Notes: generated by a model not told the origin, from the letters alone. A stretch of DNA of 64,000 nt from Candidatus Hermodarchaeota archaeon (GCA_016839365.1 JAEOUH010000071.1:1-64000); one strand, 5' to 3'. Positions 9,765-18,344 are shown, numbered from the stretch's first letter. A program made the numbers and translations.

Positions 9765-11708
9765 TTAATTTGAACGGAGTCGGCGAACGAGAATTATAAC
9801 TCCTACCACTACCGCAGCTGCAACTACGCCTCCTATTGCAAAGGGTATGAGCGAACCCGGGGCCAGGCCTAGGAACACTAGATCTATATGGTATTGGCAT
9901 ACTAGAAGCCTTTCTGGATCAAGAATTAGTTGTGCTGGTGCGGCTGAAAGCAGAAGCTCATGGGTTGTAACGGATTCGGCCTCCATCCACACCCAGGTTA
10001 TGTCAGAAGACAAGCCAAAATTAACACCAACAGGTACCCGTAAACGCACAGGTGTTGGTTGGAATTGGTGTAGTTGGAACGTTAGAACCCAACCGGATTC
10101 ATTCTGTTGAAGAGTATAGGCGCCAATTCCCAAAGTGACCACTCCACTCCCATATACCCAGGGATCAAAAAACCAGTCCAATGACTCACCAATTGCATCT
10201 TCAAATAGGTCTTGGAGTGATTGGGTTCGGAGATTCTGGTGGATGGTTTCGGAGTAGATGTATTGCCATGTTCCATAGAAGGTTTGGTTTCCGAGCTGAT
10301 GACGTAGCATATCAAGCAGGAGCGCGCTTTTTGCATAGACAATGCGTCCATAGGCATACCAATCAGTGGTTTGCCAATAGGCCATCGACTGATTGACACT
10401 TTTATCGCCTTCAGAATCCACATAATCCCAGTACCGGTTCAGATCACCCTGGCGATAGTTTACCCTCTCGACCGCACCATAGGTGTATTCTATCCATGCA
10501 TACTCGGTGAAGGATGCAAACCCTTCATCGATCCATGGTTCAGTATAACTGTCTGTACCTATTGTGAAAGGAATCCATTCGTGCCCTATCTCATGAGCAG
10601 TGACATATGCTAGCGCAGAGAGCCCTTCGGGATCCCAATACAAAGGGAGCCCAATCATTACGAGCTGGGGATACTCCATGCCACCTGCCCAAATGTCAGC
10701 TTCAACAATTGCCAAGCTCTCCCATGGATAAGGGCCAAAAAGATTTCCATAAATTTCCAGACATTCCTCGGCTACTTCAAGAACTCGTGCACCAGCCAAT
10801 GTGTGAGCTGCAACATAATAACTGGTGACGTTCACACCTTGTGTGAGGAGGCTTGCAGTCTCATAGTCAGGGCTTGCACACCAAGTAAAATCACGAACCG
10901 GACCCGTTGTGAAATACCAATCCCGCGTGATAGTATCTAATTGAATTGATTGCAGCTCCCCTGTTGCAGCCACGATGTAATCAGCAGGAACTGTTATTGT
11001 CACGTTGTAAGTTGCTACATCACTATAGAAGCTCTCACCCATGTGAGAGTATGGTTTGGTATCCCAGCCTCGGTCATCATAGACAGCAACGATGGGATGC
11101 CAGTTACCCATATTGTATGCGAGGAAATCGAAGGGATCAGTGCGATTAAACCAACCAAACCGATCCCCGCTCTCAGGTACTGTCACTTGCCATTCAATCG
11201 TCAAGGTCACAATCCCACCTGGGATTAGTAGTCCCGGACCTAAACCGCCAACCAGATCCACTTCTAAGACCGTCTGATCAATTCCTGTAATGGAATAACC
11301 TAGAGGTTGACCTATATACATGACATCAAAGATTTCCATACCTCCCTCAGGCAGAAAGGCGTTCGGGTATAGATGGAAATATAATTCTGAGAATGCTACA
11401 TCTGCATGGTTTACGTACGTGATGATGGTAGTTCCATTCACGATATGGCTCCAATCCTGCAGAAATGCAGTAATTGTGTAATTTGTTAGAGGTGATGGAG
11501 CACCGATTGGAGCGCGAAAAGCAGACTCTTTGTCTATAGCAGTAGTGGATGCAGTATCTGGACCATTCTTAGGTGGAAGGATTTCGGGGTGCTTGTTATA
11601 CTGTGCAAAAGACGAAGTATCTGCTAGTGAACTTGTGGGATTTAGAACTGTTAGCACGAAGGTACAAAGAAGACTCAGTATGATCAGATTTCGTAGCCGC
11701 AATGTCAT
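9765..11708 (-). CDS. secreted, membrane-anchored M1-family metalloaminopeptidase
   Basis: Signal peptide; GGMEYP; HEIGHEW-x-WIDEG (HEXXH-x18-E); C-terminal TM helix followed by RRLR. Confidence 0.92.
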   Translation of the reverse strand: MTLRLRNLIILSLLCTFVLTVLNPTSSLADTSSFAQYNKHPEILPPKNGPDTASTTAIDKESAFRAPIGAPSPLTNYTITAFLQDWSHIVNGTTIITYVNHADVAFSELYFHLYPNAFLPEGGMEIFDVMYIGQPLGYSITGIDQTVLEVDLVGGLGPGLLIPGGIVTLTIEWQVTVPESGDRFGWFNRTDPFDFLAYNMGNWHPIVAVYDDRGWDTKPYSHMGESFYSDVATYNVTITVPADYIVAATGELQSIQLDTITRDWYFTTGPVRDFTWCASPDYETASLLTQGVNVTSYYVAAHTLAGARVLEVAEECLEIYGNLFGPYPWESLAIVEADIWAGGMEYPQLVMIGLPLYWDPEGLSALAYVTAHEIGHEWIPFTIGTDSYTEPWIDEGFASFTEYAWIEYTYGAVERVNYRQGDLNRYWDYVDSEGDKSVNQSMAYWQTTDWYAYGRIVYAKSALLLDMLRHQLGNQTFYGTWQYIYSETIHQNLRTQSLQDLFEDAIGESLDWFFDPWVYGSGVVTLGIGAYTLQQNESGWVLTFQLHQFQPTPVRLRVPVGVNFGLSSDITWVWMEAESVTTHELLLSAAPAQLILDPERLLVCQYHIDLVFLGLAPGSLIPFAIGGVVAAAVVVGVIILVRRLRSN

Positions 11709-11810
11709 TTCACCGACTTAAGACTCTTTGTAGAAATATGATAAGAAAAAGTATTCGAAGGGAGCAACAGCACCCTTCCAAAGATTATCAGAAAAAGATT
11801 CAATATTATA

Positions 11811-11960
11811 TCAGGCTTCTTCGGGAACAGCCGGGAATTCATACCCACAATTGGGACACGCAATAGCTCCGCAGGCACGGGCCATCATACAGCCGGCACA
11901 ACCGGTGGCCTGAGCTTTTTCGAATTTACGACCACACATTGGACATTGGTATGTTGTCAT
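11811..11960 (-). CDS. 49-aa Cys-rich protein downstream of feoB (missed by the ORF track)
   Basis: AGGAGG SD; MTTYQCPMCGRKFEKAQATGCAGCMMARACGAIACPNCGYEFPAVPEEA*; 7 Cys. Confidence 0.8.
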   Translation of the reverse strand: MTTYQCPMCGRKFEKAQATGCAGCMMARACGAIACPNCGYEFPAVPEEA

Positions 11961-12024
11961 GATTTTGTTCCTCCTTGAGGGGGGTTACATTGTACGAGAC
12001 TAAACACCGTTAACCTTTTGAAGC

Positions 12025-14244
12025 TTATGGAAATCCCAGACCGAGCATGATGAAGTTCGCAACTCCGCCGAGGAAGAAGGCAAGAATGACGGTTGAGGTT
12101 GCGAGGATGAGCGTGTATTTCCATCGATATTCGCGGAACAATACAGCTATCGTGGCAATGCAGGGAATGTAAATTGTGGTTATGAGGGCAAAGACGAACA
12201 TTTGGCGTGGAGTCATGAAGGTGTTGATTGGGCCATTCGCCAAAATAACCAAAAGTTCCACGGTGAGTTCTTTGCGAAGAATGCCGTAAACAAAGGCAGC
12301 AGCGGTTTCAGCTGGTAATCCGAGCCACCCGACTACTAATGGTGCAGCCCATAGACTAACCATGTAGAGATAAGAGAAATCAGGGGTGGGGAAGTAGAGT
12401 AGAAGACCTAGCACAGCACCTCCGATGATGATTAGAGGAAGGGCGATGTAGACGAACTCGCGGAATCGAAGCCAGGTTTTTTTGAGTGTGGGTTTCAGTC
12501 GTGGGGTGCGTAGGGGTGGAATTTCCATAACGAGTCCATGAGAGGCGCCTGGGAGAGTATGTTGGAGTAGGGCACCTAGACCAATTATAATCCCAAAAAC
12601 AATGGCGAGGATTAGAAAGGCAAAGAAAATCGAGGCATATAAACCCACAGTGCCAAGAATTACTGCTAATTGAGCTGAGCAGGGGACGAGGACGACGAGA
12701 AATCCAGCGATGAGGCGTTCACGGCGTGTAGAAAGAATACGCGTCCCGAGAACGGCGGGAACATTACACCCCATACCTGTTAATAAGGGAATAATTGCGC
12801 GACCATGAAGGCCGAGTCGATGCATGAAGGCATCTAGAAGGAAGGCGATGCGGGCCATGTATCCGGTGTCTTCTAGGATGGAGAGGATGATGTAAAAGGT
12901 GGCCACAAAGGGTACAGCGATGAATAACCACGCTTGGATGCCTAAAACTAGACCATAGTAGAGAATAACTTGAACGATGACAGATGGGACATAGGTAGTG
13001 ATGAGGTATTGTGCTGTGGGGTTGATGAAAGCTTCCCAGAATTCACCGACAGTCGCATCGAAGATCGCGCCAGCAGCAAACATGATGAGGAGCGATCCAA
13101 TCAGAACCAGAAGGGCTATCGGAAGACCAAAAACTCGATCGGTTAGAATGGCTGAGATTTTTTCCGTAAGTGGTACTCGCTTCCCCTTTCCCTGCTGAAC
13201 TTGCTCAGTTAAATAGATGGCGTATTGTTTCCGTTTTTCACCAAGAACAAGAACAATGTCTTCATCGAATTCTTTTTCGATTTCCGTTCGAATCGTTTTT
13301 ACCAGATTGAGTGCTTCTTCAGATTCCAGGCTACTTTCAATACAGGCGGCACATTGGGCATATTCTTCCAGTAATTGTTGGGAAAGGATACGTAAGGGTA
13401 GATTCATGGGGCAGAGTTGCATCTGGCTTAGGCGCTGTTCTAATCGACGGAGTTTCGCTTCGATGCCATTTGGAAACAGGAATCGCCGGGGATTCGGTCT
13501 GACTCCCTTATAGGCGCCACTCTTTGCAGCAGTACGTAAAAGTAGTTTCAGGTTTGTTCCATGAATAGCTACAGTAGGAATGACGGGGACACCCAGAAGC
13601 ATTTCGAGTTTCTTTTCATCAATTTCGATACCCATTCGACGGGCTAAATCCACTTGGTTAAGGCACACAACCATGGGAATATTGAATTCGAGTAGGGCAA
13701 TCGTGAGAAGCAGATTACGCGGAAGGTTAGTTGCATCGACGACGTTAACAATGACATCAGGGGTGTCTTGTTGCAAGTATCGAAGTGTAACCTTTTCGTC
13801 TTCTGTTGAGGGACTAACGATTGTATATGAACCAGGCAAATCGACAATATCGAGTTGTAAGCCTTCAATGGTTTCATCAAAATCTTTCAGTGCCCACTTT
13901 CGAAAGTGTTTGCCAATACCTCTCCCGTGTTGACGCCGTCCAGGTCGGTCTCGTCTAAAAGGTCTGTCATCCTGTTGAAACTCATCTTCTTCTGTGGGTT
14001 GCCAATCTTTAATTCCTGGATGCCATCGAGGAGAGTAGACATCACGATAGGAGAGATAAACAGTCCCTTCAAGGATTTCCACTGTCGTTCCTGGATAATT
14101 AGAGACTATCGCTCCTAGCCCCGTCCAGTTATTGAAGATCACACTCTTTCCAACATTTGGTTGACCTACTAGGGCTATCCGTAAATGATTCAATTCTGGA
14201 AACTGTTTCCTATGACGGAATTTCCGTTTACGTGGGCCCTTCAT
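12025..14244 (-). CDS. feoB: ferrous iron transporter FeoB
   Basis: G1 GQPNVGKS, G2 NYPGTTV, G3 DLPG, G4 NQVD; membrane domain LEDTGYMAR, GMGCNVPA, VPCSAQ, YIPCIAT. Confidence 0.95.
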   Translation of the reverse strand: MKGPRKRKFRHRKQFPELNHLRIALVGQPNVGKSVIFNNWTGLGAIVSNYPGTTVEILEGTVYLSYRDVYSPRWHPGIKDWQPTEEDEFQQDDRPFRRDRPGRRQHGRGIGKHFRKWALKDFDETIEGLQLDIVDLPGSYTIVSPSTEDEKVTLRYLQQDTPDVIVNVVDATNLPRNLLLTIALLEFNIPMVVCLNQVDLARRMGIEIDEKKLEMLLGVPVIPTVAIHGTNLKLLLRTAAKSGAYKGVRPNPRRFLFPNGIEAKLRRLEQRLSQMQLCPMNLPLRILSQQLLEEYAQCAACIESSLESEEALNLVKTIRTEIEKEFDEDIVLVLGEKRKQYAIYLTEQVQQGKGKRVPLTEKISAILTDRVFGLPIALLVLIGSLLIMFAAGAIFDATVGEFWEAFINPTAQYLITTYVPSVIVQVILYYGLVLGIQAWLFIAVPFVATFYIILSILEDTGYMARIAFLLDAFMHRLGLHGRAIIPLLTGMGCNVPAVLGTRILSTRRERLIAGFLVVLVPCSAQLAVILGTVGLYASIFFAFLILAIVFGIIIGLGALLQHTLPGASHGLVMEIPPLRTPRLKPTLKKTWLRFREFVYIALPLIIIGGAVLGLLLYFPTPDFSYLYMVSLWAAPLVVGWLGLPAETAAAFVYGILRKELTVELLVILANGPINTFMTPRQMFVFALITTIYIPCIATIAVLFREYRWKYTLILATSTVILAFFLGGVANFIMLGLGFP

Positions 14245-14265
14245 TTTTCAATCAACTCTGTGGTG

Positions 14266-15009
14266 CTATTCAACCACTTCATGACGGACCCGGACTCGTT
14301 TGGCAAGGTCATGACTCAAAGCAAATTGAGCTGTGCCTACATCAATGAGAAATGTATCTCCTATAGGCGAAATCTGAACTACACGGACGATTTCCCCCGG
14401 AAGCATCCCCATTGAAGACATCATCCGCAACAAATCTATGTTCTCATCACTTATGCAATCAATGACAGCAGATTCACCTTGCCCTAGATCAGCCAAGGTT
14501 AATTGAGGCAGAGGAGTCACAGTTCCATCCAATTCCGGTATGGGATTTCCGTGTGGGCAGGTTGCTGGATCATCTAGTTTTTCGAGAACTCTGTTGCACA
14601 ATTCAGGTGTTAGTAAATGCTCCCATTCACACGCCACATCATGGGCTTCCTCCCAGCTTACACCCAACAGGTCAACAAGTAGGCGTTCGGCGATTCGGTG
14701 CCGACGGAGGACATCCAGAGCGAGTTTACGCCCTTTTGCTGTAAGACGAACACCCTTGTTCTTTTCATATTTCAGATAGGATTTTTCAGCTAACTTTTGT
14801 ACCATCTGCGTCACACTGGCTGGCTTAACATTCAAAACTTCTGCAAGCTCACCGGTTTTAGCATACTTGTCATTGTTTTGAAGCAATCGAAAAATCGCTT
14901 CAAGATACTCTTCAATGCTGGCACTGGGAATTTCATATTTTGAAGCCCGTGAAGCGCTTTTGGAGTCTTCTCTATCGATTTCTGGTTGGGTGTGGGAAGC
15001 AGGAGTCAT
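14266..15009 (-). CDS. DtxR/IdeR/MntR-family metal-dependent repressor with C-terminal FeoA (SH3-like) domain
   Basis: EEYLEAI, SVTQMVQKL, RRHRIAERLL, ACEWEH, CPHGNPIP; FeoA-like SMGMLPG. Confidence 0.93.
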   Translation of the reverse strand: MTPASHTQPEIDREDSKSASRASKYEIPSASIEEYLEAIFRLLQNNDKYAKTGELAEVLNVKPASVTQMVQKLAEKSYLKYEKNKGVRLTAKGRKLALDVLRRHRIAERLLVDLLGVSWEEAHDVACEWEHLLTPELCNRVLEKLDDPATCPHGNPIPELDGTVTPLPQLTLADLGQGESAVIDCISDENIDLLRMMSSMGMLPGEIVRVVQISPIGDTFLIDVGTAQFALSHDLAKRVRVRHEVVE

Positions 15010-15016
15010 GTTTGAA

Positions 15017-15034
15017 ATTTAGGTGTGCCTAAAT
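15017..15034. promoter_or_regulatory. DtxR/SirR-type operator palindrome in the dtxR-feoB promoter
   Basis: ATTTAGG-TGTG-CCTAAAT, a perfect 7-bp inverted repeat between a minus-strand TTATAT (15033-15038) and ATG 15009; resembles the TTAGG-N4-CCTAA boxes of DtxR-family repressors. Confidence 0.8.
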
Positions 15035-15072
15035 ATAAGTCTTTACTTCGTATTAGCAACCAAAAAGACACT

Positions 15073-15984
15073 TTAAACTAATCTTAGGACTTGGGCACAC
15101 ATCAGAAAATATAGTACCAAAGAGCGCACACTCCCCCAACGTTCAGCGACCAATTCGACATCAGTCCGCCTTGCCGGTTTACCTTTCAAATACAATTGGG
15201 AGATGATCTGACGAATACCTAAATCATCGGCAGGGAACACCTCCAACCGTCGTACACCCGTTAATACAGCAAGTTCTGCAGTCCACTTCCCAATACCTCG
15301 GAGGGCATCCAATTTTTTAATAATTGTACTTGTATCCGATTCAGCCAACTCATCTAACTGTAAATTGCCAACGACCAACTCCTCGAACAACCCAACCAAA
15401 TAGGGAGCTTTAAACCCGAGCTTGCATTCACGGAGTTTCGCCTCGGATAGGACTGACAGGGTTTCAAGAGTGGGGAATCCAAACAACTGCTCCTCCCCGA
15501 GTTGACAGCGTGGACCATAATCTTCGACTAATCTTCGTGTAACCTGATTAGCAGATCGAAAACTGACCTGCTGCTGTAGAATCGCCTTGACAAGAGCTTC
15601 AAAGAAAGTCGGATGACTGAAAGGTCTTAGCCCTTGGAGCGGCTTGTGTAGGTGGGCAATAATTGAGTCTTTTTTGATGGCCGCAAGCACGGGGCGTGTA
15701 TCAACATCCCAGCCCAACATCCATTCAATCGCAGTGATTATCGCTCCATGATTTCTCCCAAACTGGGCAGGCCATTGCACTTGGAGGCGAGGCCGTTTCC
15801 CCCGATCGAGCTGAAGAACACGGACTGGTACAATTTGATCGCCGAGGGGGATGCAACGGGCAAATTCACCAGGTTTCTTCAGTTCAGGGGTCGGTTGCAC
15901 ATCAGGGTACACCCAGCAATCGACAGTCACATCGAGGTCGAAAGGCTGATTAAGCTCAATTTGGAAGCCATGAATTTCCGACAT
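15073..15984 (-). CDS. alkA: AlkA-family (HhH-GPD) DNA-3-methyladenine glycosylase
   Basis: FEALVKAILQQQVS, LRGIGKWTAE, FPADDLGI. Start set to ATG 15984 (GGAG upstream); the track extends to 16044. Confidence 0.88.
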   Translation of the reverse strand: MSEIHGFQIELNQPFDLDVTVDCWVYPDVQPTPELKKPGEFARCIPLGDQIVPVRVLQLDRGKRPRLQVQWPAQFGRNHGAIITAIEWMLGWDVDTRPVLAAIKKDSIIAHLHKPLQGLRPFSHPTFFEALVKAILQQQVSFRSANQVTRRLVEDYGPRCQLGEEQLFGFPTLETLSVLSEAKLRECKLGFKAPYLVGLFEELVVGNLQLDELAESDTSTIIKKLDALRGIGKWTAELAVLTGVRRLEVFPADDLGIRQIISQLYLKGKPARRTDVELVAERWGSVRSLVLYFLMCAQVLRLV

Positions 15985-16084
15985 TACTCCATCGACATCC
16001 CTGAAGGCTAAATAACGTATTTTACTGTATGCCCCTTCCAGCAATGAGGGATATCTATATGTTTAGAATCGGTTGGTATATCGT

Positions 16085-16104
16085 GTGGGACAACCGTCCA
16101 CAAC
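16085..16104. promoter_or_regulatory. candidate operator 1 of the adjacent HTH regulator
   Basis: GTGGGACAACCGTCCACAAC just upstream of a TATA-like TTTATT; 15/20 identical to the reverse complement of 16544-16563. Confidence 0.5.
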
Positions 16105-16159
16105 ACATTTATTCTTGTAATTCTTTTTTCTACTCAATACGATGGAGTATGAATAAATC

Positions 16160-16540
16160 ATGGCCATGTTAGGCGTTCAACGAATCATGACCGGACAACA
16201 TGTAGAAGCCAACGATGTGATGCACTGCTTCCTCGGTCTTCGGAGCCTCGAAATCGATGTATACTTTTATCTACTCAAAGGCCGGGCTACAGTCAAAGAG
16301 GTCGCAGAAGCCCTCGGACGTAATCGGAGTACGGTTCAACGAGCCATCCAAAACCTTGTGCAGCGGGGATTTGCCCACCGTAGAACACGTACACTCCGCA
16401 AAGGCGGATACGTATACGTATATGAGGCAGTAAGTCTTGCGGCCATGAAGGATCTAATCAGAGCCGCCCTTGATTCGTTTTACAAACAAATCGAAGAATT
16501 CTTGGACCAATATTGGGCTGAATCAACAAAACCAACATAA
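16160..16540 (+). CDS. TrmB-like winged-HTH transcriptional regulator
   Basis: CFLGLRSLEIDVYFYLL...TVKEVAEALGRNRSTVQRAIQNLVQRGF...GGYVYVY. Confidence 0.88.
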   Translation: MAMLGVQRIMTGQHVEANDVMHCFLGLRSLEIDVYFYLLKGRATVKEVAEALGRNRSTVQRAIQNLVQRGFAHRRTRTLRKGGYVYVYEAVSLAAMKDLIRAALDSFYKQIEEFLDQYWAESTKPT

Positions 16541-16543
16541 GCG

Positions 16544-16563
16544 GTTGTGTTCAGTTGTGACAC
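16544..16563. promoter_or_regulatory. candidate operator 2, upstream of the membrane protein/thioredoxin pair
   Basis: GTTGTGTTCAGTTGTGACAC followed by TTTATAT at about 16574. Confidence 0.5.
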
Positions 16564-16659
16564 TACCGATACCTTTATATTTTAACTTTACCACACCCCC
16601 CTCGGAACTGCAAAAGAAGGATAAATACCATCATGCAGTATAATGGACGGTGAAATAGA

Positions 16660-16890
16660 ATGGCATCCATTGGCTGTCCTTTCTGTTCAAAAGTAGGAAT
16701 TATCATGGTCATCACTGGCCTGACATTCATTCTGCTCAGCGTGACAGCCACACTTCCATGGCTGGCCATCATTGGCCTCATCTTCCTGATTGGGGCTTAC
16801 ATCGTTCCCGGACTAGTGAGCGGAGAAAGCTGCCACAGCGAAGGCTGTACTAACCCCTCACATAAACATGGAGAGGAGGACTCACAATGA
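16660..16890 (+). CDS. small 2-TM membrane protein with N-terminal CPFC and C-terminal Cys/His tail
   Basis: CPFC, two hydrophobic helices, CHSEGCTNPSHKH; ATGA overlap with trxA. Confidence 0.7.
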   Translation: MASIGCPFCSKVGIIMVITGLTFILLSVTATLPWLAIIGLIFLIGAYIVPGLVSGESCHSEGCTNPSHKHGEEDSQ

Positions 16891-17306
16891 CTGATATCCC
16901 CGATCCAGAACTCACACGATTACGTGAACAAAAACTCAAGGAGTTACAACATACTATGGCAACAGAATCTAAAACTCCAACCCACCCCCAAGGTAAGGTT
17001 CTCCACCTATCCACCCACGACTTTGACCAAACCATTAGCCAAGGTGTCACCCTTGTTGACTTCTTCGCAGAGTGGTGCGGCCCATGCAAGATGATGGTCC
17101 CTGTCGTAGACAAACTAGCCCAAGAATATGCTGGCCTGGCGAAGGTTGCAAAGGTAGACGTGGATCATAATATCGAAATCGCGATGCGGTATCGCGTACA
17201 AGGTGTACCCACTTTTGCCCTGTTTAAGGATGGCGTGATGGTGCACCGAGTAGTTGGTGGCGTTGGCTATCAGCCACTGAAAACCGCTCTTGACACCTTC
17301 CTTTAA
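16887..17306 (+). CDS. trxA: thioredoxin
   Basis: DFFAEWCGPCK, cis-Pro VQGVPTF; archaeal-type N-terminal ELTRLREQKLKEL extension. Confidence 0.95.
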   Translation: MTDIPDPELTRLREQKLKELQHTMATESKTPTHPQGKVLHLSTHDFDQTISQGVTLVDFFAEWCGPCKMMVPVVDKLAQEYAGLAKVAKVDVDHNIEIAMRYRVQGVPTFALFKDGVMVHRVVGGVGYQPLKTALDTFL

Positions 17307-17433
17307 TGCCCAAATTTCTTTCATTTAAGCAGTCAACCCCGAACTTTTCACGTGGAGCGTTATCGTTGTTGACGGCGATATTTTACTTTTAATAAAAGAA
17401 ATATAATTATAAAGCATACAGGATTCGGTTTCT

Positions 17434-17657
17434 TGAACACATTCCTTCCGTGTTCAGGTGGTTCAAACTCAAGCAGCTCCGAAAATTTTTTATGGTCAAT
17501 TCGGATTTTCGTGAGCTGCTGGACCACCCGAGTAGGGTCTGGAGCCACGAGTGGAAGATTCCAGACCGGTTTTGGGAATCGGGTAACAGCAGCTACCTCT
17601 CACCTTTAAACGGCAATAATGCACGCTGTGCAACCAATCTAACGGAGGATTGGGTCA
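17434..17657 (+). ncRNA. candidate structured non-coding RNA or 5' leader of grpE-dnaK-dnaJ (family unknown)
   Basis: At least four helices seen by eye; G-U wobbles mostly favour the + strand; TTATAAA at 17407-17413 about 25 nt upstream (details in findings). Confidence 0.5.
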
Positions 17658-18311
17658 ATGACTGATAAACCGAAAAAAACTGGAAAAACACCTGTCTCCA
17701 AAGAAAGTGAGGATCGGCTAGCTAAGAGTCCAACACACCCTGAGTCTTCAGTAAAAACAGATAAAACACCAAAGAAACCAACCAGAAAAGAATTAGAGCA
17801 AGCCTTAGAAGAAGCCCAATCCCAAATTGAGAGACACAAAACACGACTTGCTTACCTTCAGGCGGATCACGAGAATTATGTGAAGTCCACTGAACGCCTT
17901 ACCGCTAATCTCCGATTGCAAGCGAATCGTGATCTAATCCTCAGCTTGTTACCCATTTTAGATGATTTAGAGAGAGCACAAATCATGGTTCCCCAGATTG
18001 AAGTAAATACACCTTTCATTGAGGGTTTTTCAATGCTAGTGGAGAACCTTAAAACGGCGTTAGTGAATGCTGGAGTCAAACCAATAGAAAGTGAAGGAAA
18101 AACCTTTGATCCTCTACGGCACGAAGCGGTTGTCCGCGAAGAATCTACAAAAATTCCTCCCAACACCATTATAGAGGAATTGCGAAAAGGATATCTCCTC
18201 AAGGGCACTTTGCTTCGACCATCCATGGTGAAGATTGCGATCGCACCCAAACCCATCCCAAATAAGTCTGAGACTGAAGAATCTGAAGGTAAAGAATCAA
18301 ACACAAAATAA
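17658..18311 (+). CDS. grpE: nucleotide exchange factor GrpE
   Basis: LQADHENY, LLPILDDLERA, FDPLRHEAV, KGYLL...LRPSMVKI. Confidence 0.95.
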   Translation: MTDKPKKTGKTPVSKESEDRLAKSPTHPESSVKTDKTPKKPTRKELEQALEEAQSQIERHKTRLAYLQADHENYVKSTERLTANLRLQANRDLILSLLPILDDLERAQIMVPQIEVNTPFIEGFSMLVENLKTALVNAGVKPIESEGKTFDPLRHEAVVREESTKIPPNTIIEELRKGYLLKGTLLRPSMVKIAIAPKPIPNKSETEESEGKESNTK

Positions 18312-18344
18312 TGTTATATAATTTAGAAATTGGAGTTGAAGAAC

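Noticed and set aside
13860-14055. Intein in FeoB
   Set aside because: Too short, and lacks the C/S start and HN-C/S/T end.
17434-17456. CIRCE element (inverted repeat with 9-nt spacer upstream of the dnaK operon)
   Set aside because: The arms (TGAACAC/GTGTTCA) do not match TTAGCACTC/GAGTGCTAA and no hrcA is in the window; kept only as a hairpin.
17430-17470. 5S rRNA-like GAACACGGAAG on the minus strand and tRNA T-loop-like GGTTCAAA on the plus strand
   Set aside because: The flanking sequence forms neither the 5S helices nor a cloverleaf; these are short chance matches inside the structured region.
17536-17570. cobalamin riboswitch or SECIS resemblance (GAGCCAC...GGAAG...AGACC)
   Set aside because: The B12-box core is missing, and no in-frame UGA selenoprotein was seen upstream (trxA has plain CGPC).
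17360-17665. ORFs 17450-17665 (+) and 17360-17548 (-)
   Set aside because: No motif or SD; the sequence is better explained by base-pairing constraints.
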